Shown here: piece by piece, positions 45,937 to 56,180 of the stretch | Layout of the letters: each line of letters begins with the position of its first letter | How positions within the stretch are numbered: the stretch's first letter is position 1 | Origin: a bacterium | Lineage (GTDB): Bacteria; Patescibacteriota; Gracilibacteria; UBA4473 | Assembly: GCA_009995455.1 (NCBI GenBank) | Contig: JAACPJ010000001.1 | Coordinates: 45,043 to 109,042 of the forward strand | DNA: 64,000 nt | Reading direction: 5' to 3' | Program-made: the position numbers and the translations under genes | Notes under the pieces: generated by a model | Told to the model about the DNA's origin: nothing | The model's input: the letters and a program-made list of their open reading frames with translations, nothing else | Databases searched by the model: none

Positions 45937-47478
45937 CTATCGCGCCACCCCTTCAAATCGAGCGTCACGAATAACAATGACTTTTACTTGCCCAGGGTAT
46001 TGCATTCCTTGTTCAACTTTTTGGGCAATTTCTAAGGCTAGTTTTTCCGATTCAACGTCTGTTACTTCTTGCGAATTAACAAACACACGAACTTCTCGTC
46101 CGGCTTGAATCGCAAACACCTTCTCAACGCCTTTAAATGAACCCGCAATAGCCTCTAGCTCTTTCAAACGTTTAATGTACTTCTCCATGGTTTCACGTCG
46201 CGCTCCTGGGCGTGAAGCCGAGATAGCATCAGCCGCTTGAAGAATTCGTGCTTCAAGAGATTCGTAAGGGAAATCTTCGTGATGAGATTTCATGGCCGTG
46301 ACCACTGGTTCTTCAATTCCAAATTTTTGTAGAATTTCCATCCCAATAACCGCGTGTCCACCTTCAACTTCATGTGAAACGGCTTTACCAATGTCATGTA
46401 GAAGACCCGCTTTTTTAAGCATTTCTGCATCGGCTCCTGGTAGATAGTGCGCAATCCCTTCGGCCAAGTAAGCCACTTCAATGGAATGTTGTAAAACATT
46501 CTGCCCGTAAGAACTTCTGAATCGCAGTTTTCCAACAAGTTTTAAAATCGCTTCTGGTAGGCCAGAAACGCCTAATTCAAGCGCCGCTTTTTGCCCAATT
46601 TCAATCAACAGCTTTTCACCTTTACTTTCAGCTGCTTGCACCGCTTCTTCAATCTTAGAAGGATGAATTCGACCATCTTTCACCAAATTCTCTAAAGCGA
46701 TTTTGGCAATAAAACGTCGGAAAGTGTCGTAAGACGATAGGGTGATCGTTCCCGGGGTATCATCGACAATTACATCAACACCCGTCAGCATTTCAAAGGC
46801 ATTAATATTACGTCCTTCTCGACCAATAATTTTCCCCTTAATATCGTCTGAATCGATTTTAACCACCGTTACCGTAGACTCTGAAGTTACGTTTGAGGCA
46901 AATCTTTGAATCGACTGTACGATAATGTTTGAACCTTCTTCGTCAGCCGCCTTTTCAATCGACTCAATCTTACGTCGCATAGAGTCCGCGAGCTCTAGTT
47001 CACATTGCTCTTCAATTCGAGCCAAAAGTAAATCTTTTGCTTCTTCTTTCTTCAGTTGAGCAATTTTCTCAAGCTCTTTATTTTGAGCATCTAAACGAGA
47101 TTGTAATTCCTCTTTTTTAACGTCTAAGTCTTTTACAGACTGTTGATACTCTTCTCTCGCTTTTTCGGCTTTCTCTACTTTTACTTCTAGTTGTTCTTCT
47201 TTACGCACTAAACGCTCATCGGCTTGCTCTTGCAAACGCTGTAAACGCTCTCGCATTTGATTTTCTTCACGCTTGGCCGTTTCTTTTAGCTGATCAGAGT
47301 ACTTTCTTCCATCATCTAAAATTCGTTCCGCTTCGGTTTCTGCATTTCTACGAATTCGCTCAGCTTCGCCTTTAGCGGTTTCTTCGAGCAATTTGGCTCG
47401 TGGTCGTACAAATAGGTACGAGACCACAGCGCCCAGGGCTACGCCCCCCAAGGCCAAAATAATATATAAAATGTCCAT
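45937..47478 (-). CDS. rny: ribonuclease Y
   Basis: N-terminal TM, long coiled coil, KH (IIGREGRNI), HD domain (LLHDIGKA). Confidence 0.95.
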   Translation of the reverse strand: MDILYIILALGGVALGAVVSYLFVRPRAKLLEETAKGEAERIRRNAETEAERILDDGRKYSDQLKETAKREENQMRERLQRLQEQADERLVRKEEQLEVKVEKAEKAREEYQQSVKDLDVKKEELQSRLDAQNKELEKIAQLKKEEAKDLLLARIEEQCELELADSMRRKIESIEKAADEEGSNIIVQSIQRFASNVTSESTVTVVKIDSDDIKGKIIGREGRNINAFEMLTGVDVIVDDTPGTITLSSYDTFRRFIAKIALENLVKDGRIHPSKIEEAVQAAESKGEKLLIEIGQKAALELGVSGLPEAILKLVGKLRFRSSYGQNVLQHSIEVAYLAEGIAHYLPGADAEMLKKAGLLHDIGKAVSHEVEGGHAVIGMEILQKFGIEEPVVTAMKSHHEDFPYESLEARILQAADAISASRPGARRETMEKYIKRLKELEAIAGSFKGVEKVFAIQAGREVRVFVNSQEVTDVESEKLALEIAQKVEQGMQYPGQVKVIVIRDARFEGVAR

Positions 47479-47690
47479 AGCTTAAAATAGGATTAATGAA
47501 TGAAACGCTTTCAAACTCATCTGTTTTAACTTCAACTTTAGATTTTCCAGACACATAAAAGCCTATCACATCGTAAAAACGAGCCATAAGGCGGGTTAAA
47601 AAATCTATAAACTGACGAATTAAAATCATCTCAAAAGTAGTCTACCAAAGGGCGGACAAAAGTCAATCTCTGGCACTATTCCGCCAATTT

Positions 47691-48125
47691 TTAACGACAA
47701 TTTCGACACGTTCCCAAGAAGCCTAAATGAACTTTCTTAAGCAAGAATTGTTTTTCACGCGCTAGCTGGTCTGAAATCGCCTCGTGATAATCCAGAAAAA
47801 TCTCCTCTGCACTGCCACAACTCTCGCATATCAAAAAATGATGCGACTCGGTTTGATTGTCGCAATCAGAACAAAGACGCCATTTCCCCTGAAATTCGTG
47901 CACTAAACGTACTTCCTGCAACTTTTCTAGCACGCGGTAAATAGTAGTTACATCAAGCGTGTGACCTAAGATTTTTTCGATTTCATGCGCCGATAAAAAG
48001 TAGTCATGAGACTCAAGTATCCGTAACACTTCACGAACCCCAAGAGTCACTCTCCAACGGCGAGCAGTAAAGGCAGCTTCGACAGGGGCTAAATTTTGAT
48101 TCATATTCCCAAGCATAGTACTCAT
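47691..48125 (-). CDS. Fur-family metalloregulator
   Basis: Winged helix plus HHFLICESCG...CRNC metal sites. ATG at 48125 preferred. Confidence 0.8.
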   Translation of the reverse strand: MSTMLGNMNQNLAPVEAAFTARRWRVTLGVREVLRILESHDYFLSAHEIEKILGHTLDVTTIYRVLEKLQEVRLVHEFQGKWRLCSDCDNQTESHHFLICESCGSAEEIFLDYHEAISDQLAREKQFLLKKVHLGFLGTCRNCR

Positions 48126-48203
48126 AAACAAAAGGGGAGGCTAGTCAGTCTCGCTAGACTTTTGCACTCAATGGCGGATAAGTGACACTCTAAATTAATA
48201 CGC

Positions 48204-49022
48204 TTAAGCAAAGAACGAAGTTAATCTTTCTGAATCATAGAGAAGCAATAATCCAATCACTATCAATATCACGCCACCCACTAAATTAGCCATTTGCGTA
48301 ATTTTTGGACTAAACACCTTCAATGACATGGTTTTAATAGCAATCGTAAACACGACTAAATCATCTAAAATATAAGCAAAATCGTAGATCAAAATGGCTG
48401 AAATTTTTTGCCACCAATCTAGTTCTAATGCGACCAGCGTAGAGGTAAAAACCGTTGGTATGGCGAAAGAACACAAAAGCTCAAAGGCATTTACCGAAAA
48501 GGCCAACAATATCATTCCGGCAAGGACCAACCACAATTGTTCTCGTTCCAAGATTGCGCCAAGTTTTTGGTGAAATTTTTTCTTACTCGCCGCATCTCGC
48601 ACATCACACTCGATCCCTTTAGTTCGGTAGGTATAAACCGCCCAGCCACCTGCCGCAATCGACATTAAACCAATCAACATAAACACATAAGTCATTGATT
48701 TAGTAGCAATCATCGTTGTGATAGCCTGAAATCCAATCAAATAGGTAAACAAAGCGGCCAAATATATAAGCCCAGAGCTCGCAATAAAAACACCGCCGAT
48801 TAACCAACGCTTACGCTGATCTTCCATGGTTAACAGGAAGCCTAGTAAAATAAACAAAGTCCACATGGCACAAGGATTGAAACCATCAATCAGCCCCAAA
48901 ACCAAACTCATCAAAGGCCAAGAGTAATCAAGAAACCCACTCCACCAAGCTTCAGATGAAGATTGAGCAAAGGCCAAAGCCGGCCACAAAAAACCGAAAG
49001 CTAGGGCAAATAAACTTTTCAT
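48204..49022 (-). CDS. CcdA/DsbD-like thiol-disulfide transfer membrane protein
   Basis: Polytopic, with a GFNPCAMW motif in an early TM. Paired with the adjacent thioredoxin-fold gene. Confidence 0.6.
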   Translation of the reverse strand: MKSLFALAFGFLWPALAFAQSSSEAWWSGFLDYSWPLMSLVLGLIDGFNPCAMWTLFILLGFLLTMEDQRKRWLIGGVFIASSGLIYLAALFTYLIGFQAITTMIATKSMTYVFMLIGLMSIAAGGWAVYTYRTKGIECDVRDAASKKKFHQKLGAILEREQLWLVLAGMILLAFSVNAFELLCSFAIPTVFTSTLVALELDWWQKISAILIYDFAYILDDLVVFTIAIKTMSLKVFSPKITQMANLVGGVILIVIGLLLLYDSERLTSFFA

Positions 49023-49032
49023 AAAACGAGGT

Positions 49033-49539
49033 TTAAGATTTTTTTCCTAAAAAGGCAATCCCTCCAGCCAGACCAATCCCTCCTAAAACAATTAAGATCA
49101 AAATAATGTCTAGACCTTTCGATTCCTCTTCTTGAATTTCAATCGTAGATACATCCACCGCTGGAGGTCCGTAATTAGCCTCCATGGCCGCCAAAATGTG
49201 ATCTGGCGCAAATCCAGTAATAAGCTGATCGCCAATTACATTTGATGGCACACCAGATGGCGTTTCACCGATTTCGGCTAATCGTGTTGCCCATAAAGCT
49301 TGATTTTCAGTGTCATGCCAAACTTCATATTCATTGATCACAATATCTGGGTAAGCTTCTCGTAAAGTTGGCAGCCACTTTCTTTGGTTTTGACAATGAG
49401 GACATTCACGTCCGTGGAAAAAGTCTAAAGTAGGAATCTGTTGCGCAGAAACCGTAAAGTTAAGGGCCACAAAGCCAAAAATTGAAAGCAATCCGTATTG
49501 TAATAATTTCATCATCGACACTTTAAAGACCGAATTCAA
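49033..49539 (-). CDS. secreted thioredoxin/glutaredoxin-fold protein with C-terminal TM anchor
   Basis: Signal-like N-terminus, CPHC active site, C-terminal hydrophobic anchor. Confidence 0.6.
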   Translation of the reverse strand: MNSVFKVSMMKLLQYGLLSIFGFVALNFTVSAQQIPTLDFFHGRECPHCQNQRKWLPTLREAYPDIVINEYEVWHDTENQALWATRLAEIGETPSGVPSNVIGDQLITGFAPDHILAAMEANYGPPAVDVSTIEIQEEESKGLDIILILIVLGGIGLAGGIAFLGKKS

Positions 49540-49589
49540 TTTCGCAAATCAATTGCGGCTCCCTTAAATATAACCATAATAAATTTTAG

Positions 49590-50285
49590 ATGCTCACTTT
49601 TAAAAACGTTAGTCTAAAAATAGGCAAATCAAACGTTCTCTCAGAACTTGATTTCAGTGTTAAGCCAGGCGAAATTGTCGCTGTACTAGGAGCTTCTGGA
49701 GCTGGGAAATCTTCTTTGTTTAGCCTATTAATTGGTGAAAAAAAGCCCAGCAGCGGTGAGATTTTATTAGATGAAATATCGCTTGGCGATTTGTCATTTA
49801 CCAGTGTGCAACAATACCGACGCCAAATCGGCATTATTTTCCAAGACTTTAGACTGTTACCCCAAAAAACTGTTTTTGAAAACATCGCCTTTGCCCTAGA
49901 AATTTGCGGTAAGGCAAACCAAGTACGCAACCGAGTACCAGAGTTACTTAAATTAGTAGGACTCGAGAACAAGCAAGACCGATTTCCAAGAGAACTGTCT
50001 GGCGGAGAAAGACAAAGGGTGTCTATCGCACGTTCGCTGGCCCACAACCCCAAGATGCTTATTGCCGATGAGGCCACGGGGAACTTAGATCCGAAAAACT
50101 CCAGAGAAATTTCCGAGCTCCTGCTTTACTTAAACCAAAAAACGAATTTAACACTTCTTTTTGCGACTCATGATCCGGTTATGGTGCAAAAGCTAAATCC
50201 ACGTGTTATTCGCTTAGAAGCAGGGCGAATACGGTTTGATAAACAGACTTGCGCACTCTCCGAAGCGTTTGCAGATCTATTATAA
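49590..50285 (+). CDS. ftsE: cell-division ABC ATPase FtsE-like
   Basis: Walker A GASGAGKSS, signature LSGGERQR, Walker B LIADE. Confidence 0.8.
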   Translation: MLTFKNVSLKIGKSNVLSELDFSVKPGEIVAVLGASGAGKSSLFSLLIGEKKPSSGEILLDEISLGDLSFTSVQQYRRQIGIIFQDFRLLPQKTVFENIAFALEICGKANQVRNRVPELLKLVGLENKQDRFPRELSGGERQRVSIARSLAHNPKMLIADEATGNLDPKNSREISELLLYLNQKTNLTLLFATHDPVMVQKLNPRVIRLEAGRIRFDKQTCALSEAFADLL

Positions 50286-50290
50286 AAAGT

Positions 50291-50350
50291 TTGACAAGTA
50301 AGTGACAAATCCTTAAATTTTTGACTAGTAAGTTAGTTGTGTTTTATTTT
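50291..50350 (+). promoter_or_regulatory. tandem duplicated promoter-like elements
   Basis: TTGACAAGTAAGT (50291) with TAAATT at 17 nt, and TTGACTAGTAAGT (50321) with TATTTT at 18 nt. Confidence 0.4.
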
Positions 50351-50364
50351 ATTTAGAGTCCTTA

Positions 50365-51462
50365 ATGACGCAAAAACAAATCGTTGATGTTAACTTTTCC
50401 GAGCTGATGTCTCGGCTACTTGATCTCTTGAGTCCAAAAGAGAGAGATGTGGTAGAGCGACGTTTTTCGCTTGGCGGAAATAAAAAAGAAACCCTAGATA
50501 AAATTGGTAAAAGCTATTCTATCACTCGTGAAAGAGTGCGACAGATTGAGGCGGTAGCGATTAAAAAGCTGGCTCGTATTTCAATGGATCCGTCAATGAG
50601 ACAGATTCACAATTTGGCCTACGAAATTTTATGCGATCACGGTCGTGTTATGGCCGAAGACCAACTAGTTTCTGAAATGCTCAAAAACATGGCGAATGCC
50701 AAGAAATTAGACACAAATGCTATTAAATTAGCGATGCGCGTTTCAGACCGCATGACAAAACAAGAGAAAAATCAATTTTACCGACCGTTCTGGAGAACGT
50801 CAGAACTTTCGTTGATGGATGTTAAAACAGTTATCAAAGGCATTCAAAAGATTATGCGAAAGCAAGGCGACGTAATGAATGTTGAAGATATTACCGAAAA
50901 ACTTGAAGGCAAGTACCCACAAGAAATGGTGAACTCTGTATTATACGTTGACTGGAGTTTTAAACGGATTGATGATCAATGGGGCTTAACCACATGGCGT
51001 CACATCAATCCTCGATCTATTAAAGATAAAATTACTATTGTGTTTAAAAACACGGGTAAACCACTCCACTTTACTGAAATTGTAAATCACGTTTTAAGTG
51101 ATTTCGATGCTAAGAAAATGGTAACGCACCAAGCGATTCATAATGAACTGATTCGTCACGATGAATTCGTGCTAGTTGGCCGTGGAGTTTACGCTCTTTC
51201 TGAGTGGGGTCTTCCATCAGGAACGGTTTGTGATCTAATCAAACAAGTGCTTGAAGAAAACGGAGAGCCAATGAAACGACAAGAAATTATCAACTCAGTA
51301 CTTAAAAAACGAGATATTCGAGTTGGTACAATCTCACTAAATCTTCAGAAGTATCCTTTCTTCCGACGAGTGGGACGAGCGGTTTACGAATACGCTGGTG
51401 AACTAGACAATCGTCGACGTCATAAAAAAGCTCAAGCCAAAAAAGCCGCTAAAGCCGAGTAA
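50365..51462 (+). CDS. sigma-70 region-4-like HTH protein with HARE-HTH-like C-terminal domains
   Basis: TRERVRQIEAVAIKKLAR (region 4.2-like). Later HFTEIVNHVL...LVGRGVYALSEW (HARE-HTH-like), and a Lys/Ala tail. Confidence 0.6.
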   Translation: MTQKQIVDVNFSELMSRLLDLLSPKERDVVERRFSLGGNKKETLDKIGKSYSITRERVRQIEAVAIKKLARISMDPSMRQIHNLAYEILCDHGRVMAEDQLVSEMLKNMANAKKLDTNAIKLAMRVSDRMTKQEKNQFYRPFWRTSELSLMDVKTVIKGIQKIMRKQGDVMNVEDITEKLEGKYPQEMVNSVLYVDWSFKRIDDQWGLTTWRHINPRSIKDKITIVFKNTGKPLHFTEIVNHVLSDFDAKKMVTHQAIHNELIRHDEFVLVGRGVYALSEWGLPSGTVCDLIKQVLEENGEPMKRQEIINSVLKKRDIRVGTISLNLQKYPFFRRVGRAVYEYAGELDNRRRHKKAQAKKAAKAE

Positions 51463-52552
51463 AGGGCGGTTCTATCAAAGATTCATTACTAAAGCGGCGT
51501 TTTACTAAAACGCCGTTTTCTTGTAGTAGTTGTTTATGATGGAGCAAACCAACCACCACAAACATCATCATGCCCACCATAGGGAGTGCAAAAGAGACAT
51601 AACCAAACTCTAGCAAAGAATTATAGATTCCATGTAAAACCATTGCCAGTAAAACACCTTCCATCATCTTTTGTTCGTGAAACAGCACTTCCCCTTTTAA
51701 ATGGATGATTTGATGTATCTTTTCCATAATTGGATGACGATTTTCTAGGACTTCGCGCTGATAGATATTATTCGCAAATTTAGCCACACCATAGAAGTAA
51801 CCTAAGATAGCTGAAAAGCTAACATGCGCTCCTACCGATACCAGTGATCGAAGGGCCACAAGCATCATAAACTCAGGCCAAGAGAACAAACTCATTCCGC
51901 TGATATTTGTGAAGTATTGAAGATTTTCTACAAAAGCAAAACCTAAGGCTACCACAATCGAAAACTGAATCGCCTCGCCAACAGAATGTATTTTTTCTTC
52001 ATTGGAAAATCTTAACACCAGGTGCTTGGTAAATTCTTCAAGTATTCCAACAATCATAAAGAGCCAAACTTTTTCATGCATTGAAAGCGTTCCCGCAAAC
52101 GCGACTAATCCACAGATAATTCCAACGGATATAAAGAAGAAGGGCGCTTCTAAAATCTTTCGGAACTTACGCCTAAATACCACGAAACTATTATCTCCGG
52201 TCATGGTTTCAAGCACCATCATTATCAAAGCGACAAAGGTAAAAATACCAAAAACAACCATTACTGTAGCCGTAATATATGCCAGCAGTGCACTAGCGCT
52301 ATTGGAAGAGACGAGGTCTCCCAAATAAACAAATAAGTTTGTATGCGCTAAAAAAACAACGCCTTGATCCCAATATTTTTCATAGAGCTTAATCGGTAAT
52401 ACCGATAACATTCCGGCAATAAAAGTCAGCACTAAATAGTGCTTATTCTTCGGTAAATTATTTCGGAAGAAGAACAGCCAAAGCAAAATAGGCAGCAAAG
52501 AAATAGTGCCAAAAAACAACCAATTTTGCGTTAAACTCTCAAACAAACTCAT
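51449..52552 (-). CDS. PrsW-family intramembrane protease
   Basis: Polytopic, with GILEEFTKH and HGIYN motifs. Confidence 0.7.
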   Translation of the reverse strand: MSLFESLTQNWLFFGTISLLPILLWLFFFRNNLPKNKHYLVLTFIAGMLSVLPIKLYEKYWDQGVVFLAHTNLFVYLGDLVSSNSASALLAYITATVMVVFGIFTFVALIMMVLETMTGDNSFVVFRRKFRKILEAPFFFISVGIICGLVAFAGTLSMHEKVWLFMIVGILEEFTKHLVLRFSNEEKIHSVGEAIQFSIVVALGFAFVENLQYFTNISGMSLFSWPEFMMLVALRSLVSVGAHVSFSAILGYFYGVAKFANNIYQREVLENRHPIMEKIHQIIHLKGEVLFHEQKMMEGVLLAMVLHGIYNSLLEFGYVSFALPMVGMMMFVVVGLLHHKQLLQENGVLVKRRFSNESLIEPPFTRL

Positions 52553-52676
52553 ATAATTTTAAATTGAATAATTATTACATTATACAATTTTTTTAAATAA
52601 AAGCAATAAATCAAAAGTGTTCGTTGCAAACTGGCTCAGTTTCTTTAAGATTGGCTCACTTAAAACCTTTAAAGAT

Positions 52677-54008
52677 ATGGCCCTTTCACCATTAGATGAC
52701 CGGTACGCAAAAAAAGTAGAAATTCTAAACTCAATTTTTTCTGAATTTGGACTGATGAAATTTCGAACCATTGTTGAAATTCAATGGCTCTTGGCTTTAT
52801 GTGAGAAAGGCATTGCCCCTAAGCTTCCGGAAGACGTAAAAATCGGTTTAGAAACTTTATGTGATAATTTTACAGCCGAAGAATACGCGGCCATAAAAGT
52901 ATTTGAAGCCACGACAAACCACGATGTTAAAGCGGTTGAGTACTTCATCCGTGAGCTAGTTCCACAAAGTCATTGGAGCTGGATCCACTTTGCCTGTACC
53001 AGCGAAGATATCAACAACCTATCCTACGGCTTAATGCTGAGTCATGGACGAGAGGCCGTTCTTTGCGTGGTTGATAACTTGTTAGAAGACTTAAAACAAA
53101 AAAGTATAGACTGGAAAGCGATCCCAATGCTTTGTCGAACCCACGGACAAACAGCTACACCATCAACTATGGGAAAAGAATGGGCCGTCTTCTGGGATAG
53201 AGCTCAAACGATCAGCCAAAGCATTGAAGGCGTACCAATTACCGGAAAAATTAATGGGGCCACCGGAACTTATTCTGCCCACGTAGCGGCCAAGGCAGAT
53301 ATTGATTGGATTGAATTTAGCCACGATTTTGTAACCGAAAGACTCGGACTTACCTGGAATGCGCTTACCACCCAAATTGAACCACACGATCAGCAAGCCT
53401 TACTGTTAAATGAAATGAGTCGCCTCAGTAATGTCTTAATCGATTTGTGTCGTGACGTATGGGGTTACATTTCTTTAGGCTATTTTGGCCAAAGAACCGT
53501 CGCTGGAGAAGTAGGCTCTTCCACTATGCCGCATAAGGTTAACCCAATTGACTTTGAAAATGCAGAAGGGAACTTCAAGTTGGCTCGAGGTCTTGCCAGA
53601 ACGTTGAGCGACGAGTTACCCGTTTCCCGTTGGCAACGTGATTTAACGGACTCAACGCTGCAAAGAAATTTTGGAATTGTGTTTGGCCATTTTTATTTAG
53701 CCCTTAAATCTCTGCAAAAAGGTTTAGGAAAGTTAGAACTTAAAGAAGAGAAACTAGCGGCCGATCTAGAATCAGCTCCAGAGGTTCTAACCGAAGCCGT
53801 TCAAACCGTTTTAAGAGCTTATGGTCACCATGATGCCTATGAACAATTAAAAAACTTCTCCCGCGGGCAAGCGCTTAATTTAGAACAAGTTTATGAATTT
53901 GTTGACCAGTCAGACCTGCCAGATGAAGAAAAAGCGAAACTAAAAAAACTAATTCCGGCCACTTATACCGGCTTGGCTGAGGCCTTGGTTGATAAATTTG
54001 TCGTTTAA
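52677..54008 (+). CDS. purB: adenylosuccinate lyase
   Basis: LSPLDDRY start, GSSTMPHKVNP signature. ATG at 52677 preferred over the GTG at 52617. Confidence 0.95.
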   Translation: MALSPLDDRYAKKVEILNSIFSEFGLMKFRTIVEIQWLLALCEKGIAPKLPEDVKIGLETLCDNFTAEEYAAIKVFEATTNHDVKAVEYFIRELVPQSHWSWIHFACTSEDINNLSYGLMLSHGREAVLCVVDNLLEDLKQKSIDWKAIPMLCRTHGQTATPSTMGKEWAVFWDRAQTISQSIEGVPITGKINGATGTYSAHVAAKADIDWIEFSHDFVTERLGLTWNALTTQIEPHDQQALLLNEMSRLSNVLIDLCRDVWGYISLGYFGQRTVAGEVGSSTMPHKVNPIDFENAEGNFKLARGLARTLSDELPVSRWQRDLTDSTLQRNFGIVFGHFYLALKSLQKGLGKLELKEEKLAADLESAPEVLTEAVQTVLRAYGHHDAYEQLKNFSRGQALNLEQVYEFVDQSDLPDEEKAKLKKLIPATYTGLAEALVDKFVV

Positions 54009-54010
54009 TA

Positions 54011-54520
54011 ATGATTTTTATAGGCCTTGGCTCTTCTGTTGGGGACGCTCAGGCTTACTTTGACCAAGCCCAAAAATTATTAAAAATTTCGAGCATTGAG
54101 GTTTTACAGCAATCAAAGCCACTTAGAAATCCTCCCCAAGGCGGTGTGGCCAAAAATGAATTTACAAACGCGGTTTGGGAAATTGCATTCCCTGAAACCA
54201 AATGGGAAAAAATAAACTGGATATTACTGCCAAAATGGCGTCGCGAAAAACTAAAAGCTTTAAAACTTTTAAAAATACTACAATCTTGCGAAAACGTGTG
54301 TGCGCGTTCTAGAGAAAAGAGATGGGACGACAGAACCTTAGATTTAGATATCTTAATGTTCCATGCTATTAGGATTAATAGCCATCACTTAACGATTCCT
54401 CATCCATTAATCCCAGAGCGAAACTTTGTACTATTGCCGTGGCAAGAATTAGTCGACAAAAACTTTGAAATCCCTAAGTTCGGAAAGATCAGTGACCTGA
54501 TACAACGCTTAAACGATTAA
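54011..54520 (+). CDS. folK: 6-hydroxymethyl-7,8-dihydropterin pyrophosphokinase
   Basis: IGLGSSVGD, RTLDLDIL, LTIPHP motifs. Confidence 0.85.
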   Translation: MIFIGLGSSVGDAQAYFDQAQKLLKISSIEVLQQSKPLRNPPQGGVAKNEFTNAVWEIAFPETKWEKINWILLPKWRREKLKALKLLKILQSCENVCARSREKRWDDRTLDLDILMFHAIRINSHHLTIPHPLIPERNFVLLPWQELVDKNFEIPKFGKISDLIQRLND

Positions 54521-54523
54521 ATC

Positions 54524-55072
54524 ATGACCACAGAAGAAGCCATTCGCGCCATCCTAAAAAACATAGGAGAAGATCCAGACCGAGAAGGTTTACTGGAGAC
54601 GCCTAAGCGAGTAGCTAAAGCGCACTCGGAACTATTTTCTGGCTACACGGTAGACGCGAGTAAGCTGTTAAAAACATTCACCAACGAAGGTTATGATGAA
54701 ATGATTGTGGTGAAAGACATTGAGTACTATTCAAACTGTGAGCATCACATGTTACCTTTTTTTGGAAAAGCCCATGTCGCTTATATTCCGGATAAAAAAA
54801 TCACCGGACTTTCAAAACTACCAAGGCTGGTAGAAGTTTTCGCCAGAAGACTGCAAAACCAAGAACGTTTAACCGTACAAGTGGCCAATACTTTAATGGA
54901 AAGTTTGAGCCCAATCGGAGTGGCCGTTCAATTTTCGGGTCTGCATATGTGTATGTGTAGCCGAGGGGTTGGACAATCAAAATCAGAAACTATATCTACC
55001 TGTTTTAAAGGAAAATTTAAAGAAGATCCAAGCCTACGAGCTGATTTTTTCAATCAAATAAAAACCAGCTAA
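54524..55072 (+). CDS. folE: GTP cyclohydrolase I
   Basis: SNCEHHMLPFFGKAHVAYIP and RLQNQERLT. Confidence 0.95.
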   Translation: MTTEEAIRAILKNIGEDPDREGLLETPKRVAKAHSELFSGYTVDASKLLKTFTNEGYDEMIVVKDIEYYSNCEHHMLPFFGKAHVAYIPDKKITGLSKLPRLVEVFARRLQNQERLTVQVANTLMESLSPIGVAVQFSGLHMCMCSRGVGQSKSETISTCFKGKFKEDPSLRADFFNQIKTS

Positions 55073-56097
55073 AGCTGTAGTCGCGGCAGGGCTTCAATAT
55101 ATTGAACCGCCGCTTTCGATTTTTGTTCTGACTGCATTTGCCAATAAGCGGCCGCTCCGATCATGGCGGCATTATCGGTAGAATATTCTATTTTAACGGG
55201 GGTTTTTAAATTAATGCCATACTTATGCATAAACACTGAAAACACTTTATTTAAGTATTTATTAGCCGACACTCCACCGACAAAATAAAAAGATTTAACT
55301 TCTGGGTAGCGCTCTAGAACCGTTTGGAATTTTTTTAAAAATATACGACCGCAGGTTTCTTCAAAGCTGGCACAAACATCATTAATAAATTTATCGCTGA
55401 GCAAGCCTTTTTCATTTTCTTCCAATTCAATTAATCGTCTAACCGCCGACTTGACGCCCGAGAATGATAAATCAAGACTGTTTTTTCCTAGATTGGGAAT
55501 GGGAAAATTATATTTTTTTCGATCGCCCGTTTCAGCTCTTTTGGAAATCAATGGCCCCCCTGGGTATCCCAAATTTAGCATCTTAGCCACTTTATCAAAA
55601 GCCTCTCCAACCGCATCATCTAAACTTCCGCCAAGTTTTTGCCAGGTTAACGCATTTTTCCATAAATAAAATTCAGTGTGTCCACCAGAAGCCGTTAAGA
55701 CCAAAGCCGGAAACTCAATATCACTCGATTCTCGCTCTAAAAAAACCGAACATAAATGCCCGTAAACATGATGAACCGGTATTAAGGGTAAACCGTAAAG
55801 CAAAGATAAAAAACTAGCGGCCGTGGTGCCACTCAAAAGAGATGTCTGAAGCCCTGGCCCTTGCGTCACAGCAATAGCATCTATCTCAGTTATTTCTATT
55901 TTAGCCTGATTTAAGGCCTGCTCTAAAACCGGTCTCCAGGCTTCTGCATGCAGCCGAGCGGCAATTTCAGGCACCACTCCCCCCCAGGCCTCATGTTCAA
56001 GCTGTGAAACCCGCACGGAGCTTAAAACCCGACAACCATTTTCAATAATGGCGACCGCCGTATCATCACACGAAGTTTCAAAGGCAAGAATTTTCAT
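55069..56097 (-). CDS. tsaD: tRNA N6-threonylcarbamoyladenosine synthase TsaD
   Basis: ILAFETSCDDTAVA, HHVYGH, GGVSAN motifs. Confidence 0.95.
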   Translation of the reverse strand: MKILAFETSCDDTAVAIIENGCRVLSSVRVSQLEHEAWGGVVPEIAARLHAEAWRPVLEQALNQAKIEITEIDAIAVTQGPGLQTSLLSGTTAASFLSLLYGLPLIPVHHVYGHLCSVFLERESSDIEFPALVLTASGGHTEFYLWKNALTWQKLGGSLDDAVGEAFDKVAKMLNLGYPGGPLISKRAETGDRKKYNFPIPNLGKNSLDLSFSGVKSAVRRLIELEENEKGLLSDKFINDVCASFEETCGRIFLKKFQTVLERYPEVKSFYFVGGVSANKYLNKVFSVFMHKYGINLKTPVKIEYSTDNAAMIGAAAYWQMQSEQKSKAAVQYIEALPRLQL

Positions 56098-56126
56098 ATT
56101 CTTTCAAAGCGTAGCTAGATTAAGGC

Positions 56127-56158
56127 AAAAAAAAAGAGCCAACTTTAAAGCTGACTCT
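56127..56158 (-). terminator. rho-independent terminator of the RNase J gene
   Basis: Minus-strand AGAGUCAGC-UUUAAA-GUUGGCUCU followed by a U9 run. Confidence 0.75.
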
Positions 56159-56180
56159 CTATTTTTAATTTAGAAAATGA

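Noticed and set aside
47372-47629. 85-aa ORF overlapping the rny start out of frame.
   Set aside because: It overlaps the conserved RNase Y N-terminal TM segment and lies in what is more simply the rny 5' leader.
49586-50077. 163-aa minus-strand ORF overlapping ftsE.
   Set aside because: It is antisense to an ORF with complete Walker A, ABC signature and Walker B motifs. Its own sequence has no motifs.
52612-52626. PurBox-like CGAACA core (as TGTTCG) upstream of purB, plus a TGGCTCA direct repeat.
   Set aside because: Only a 6-mer matches the Bacillus PurBox, with no second inverted box at the expected spacing.
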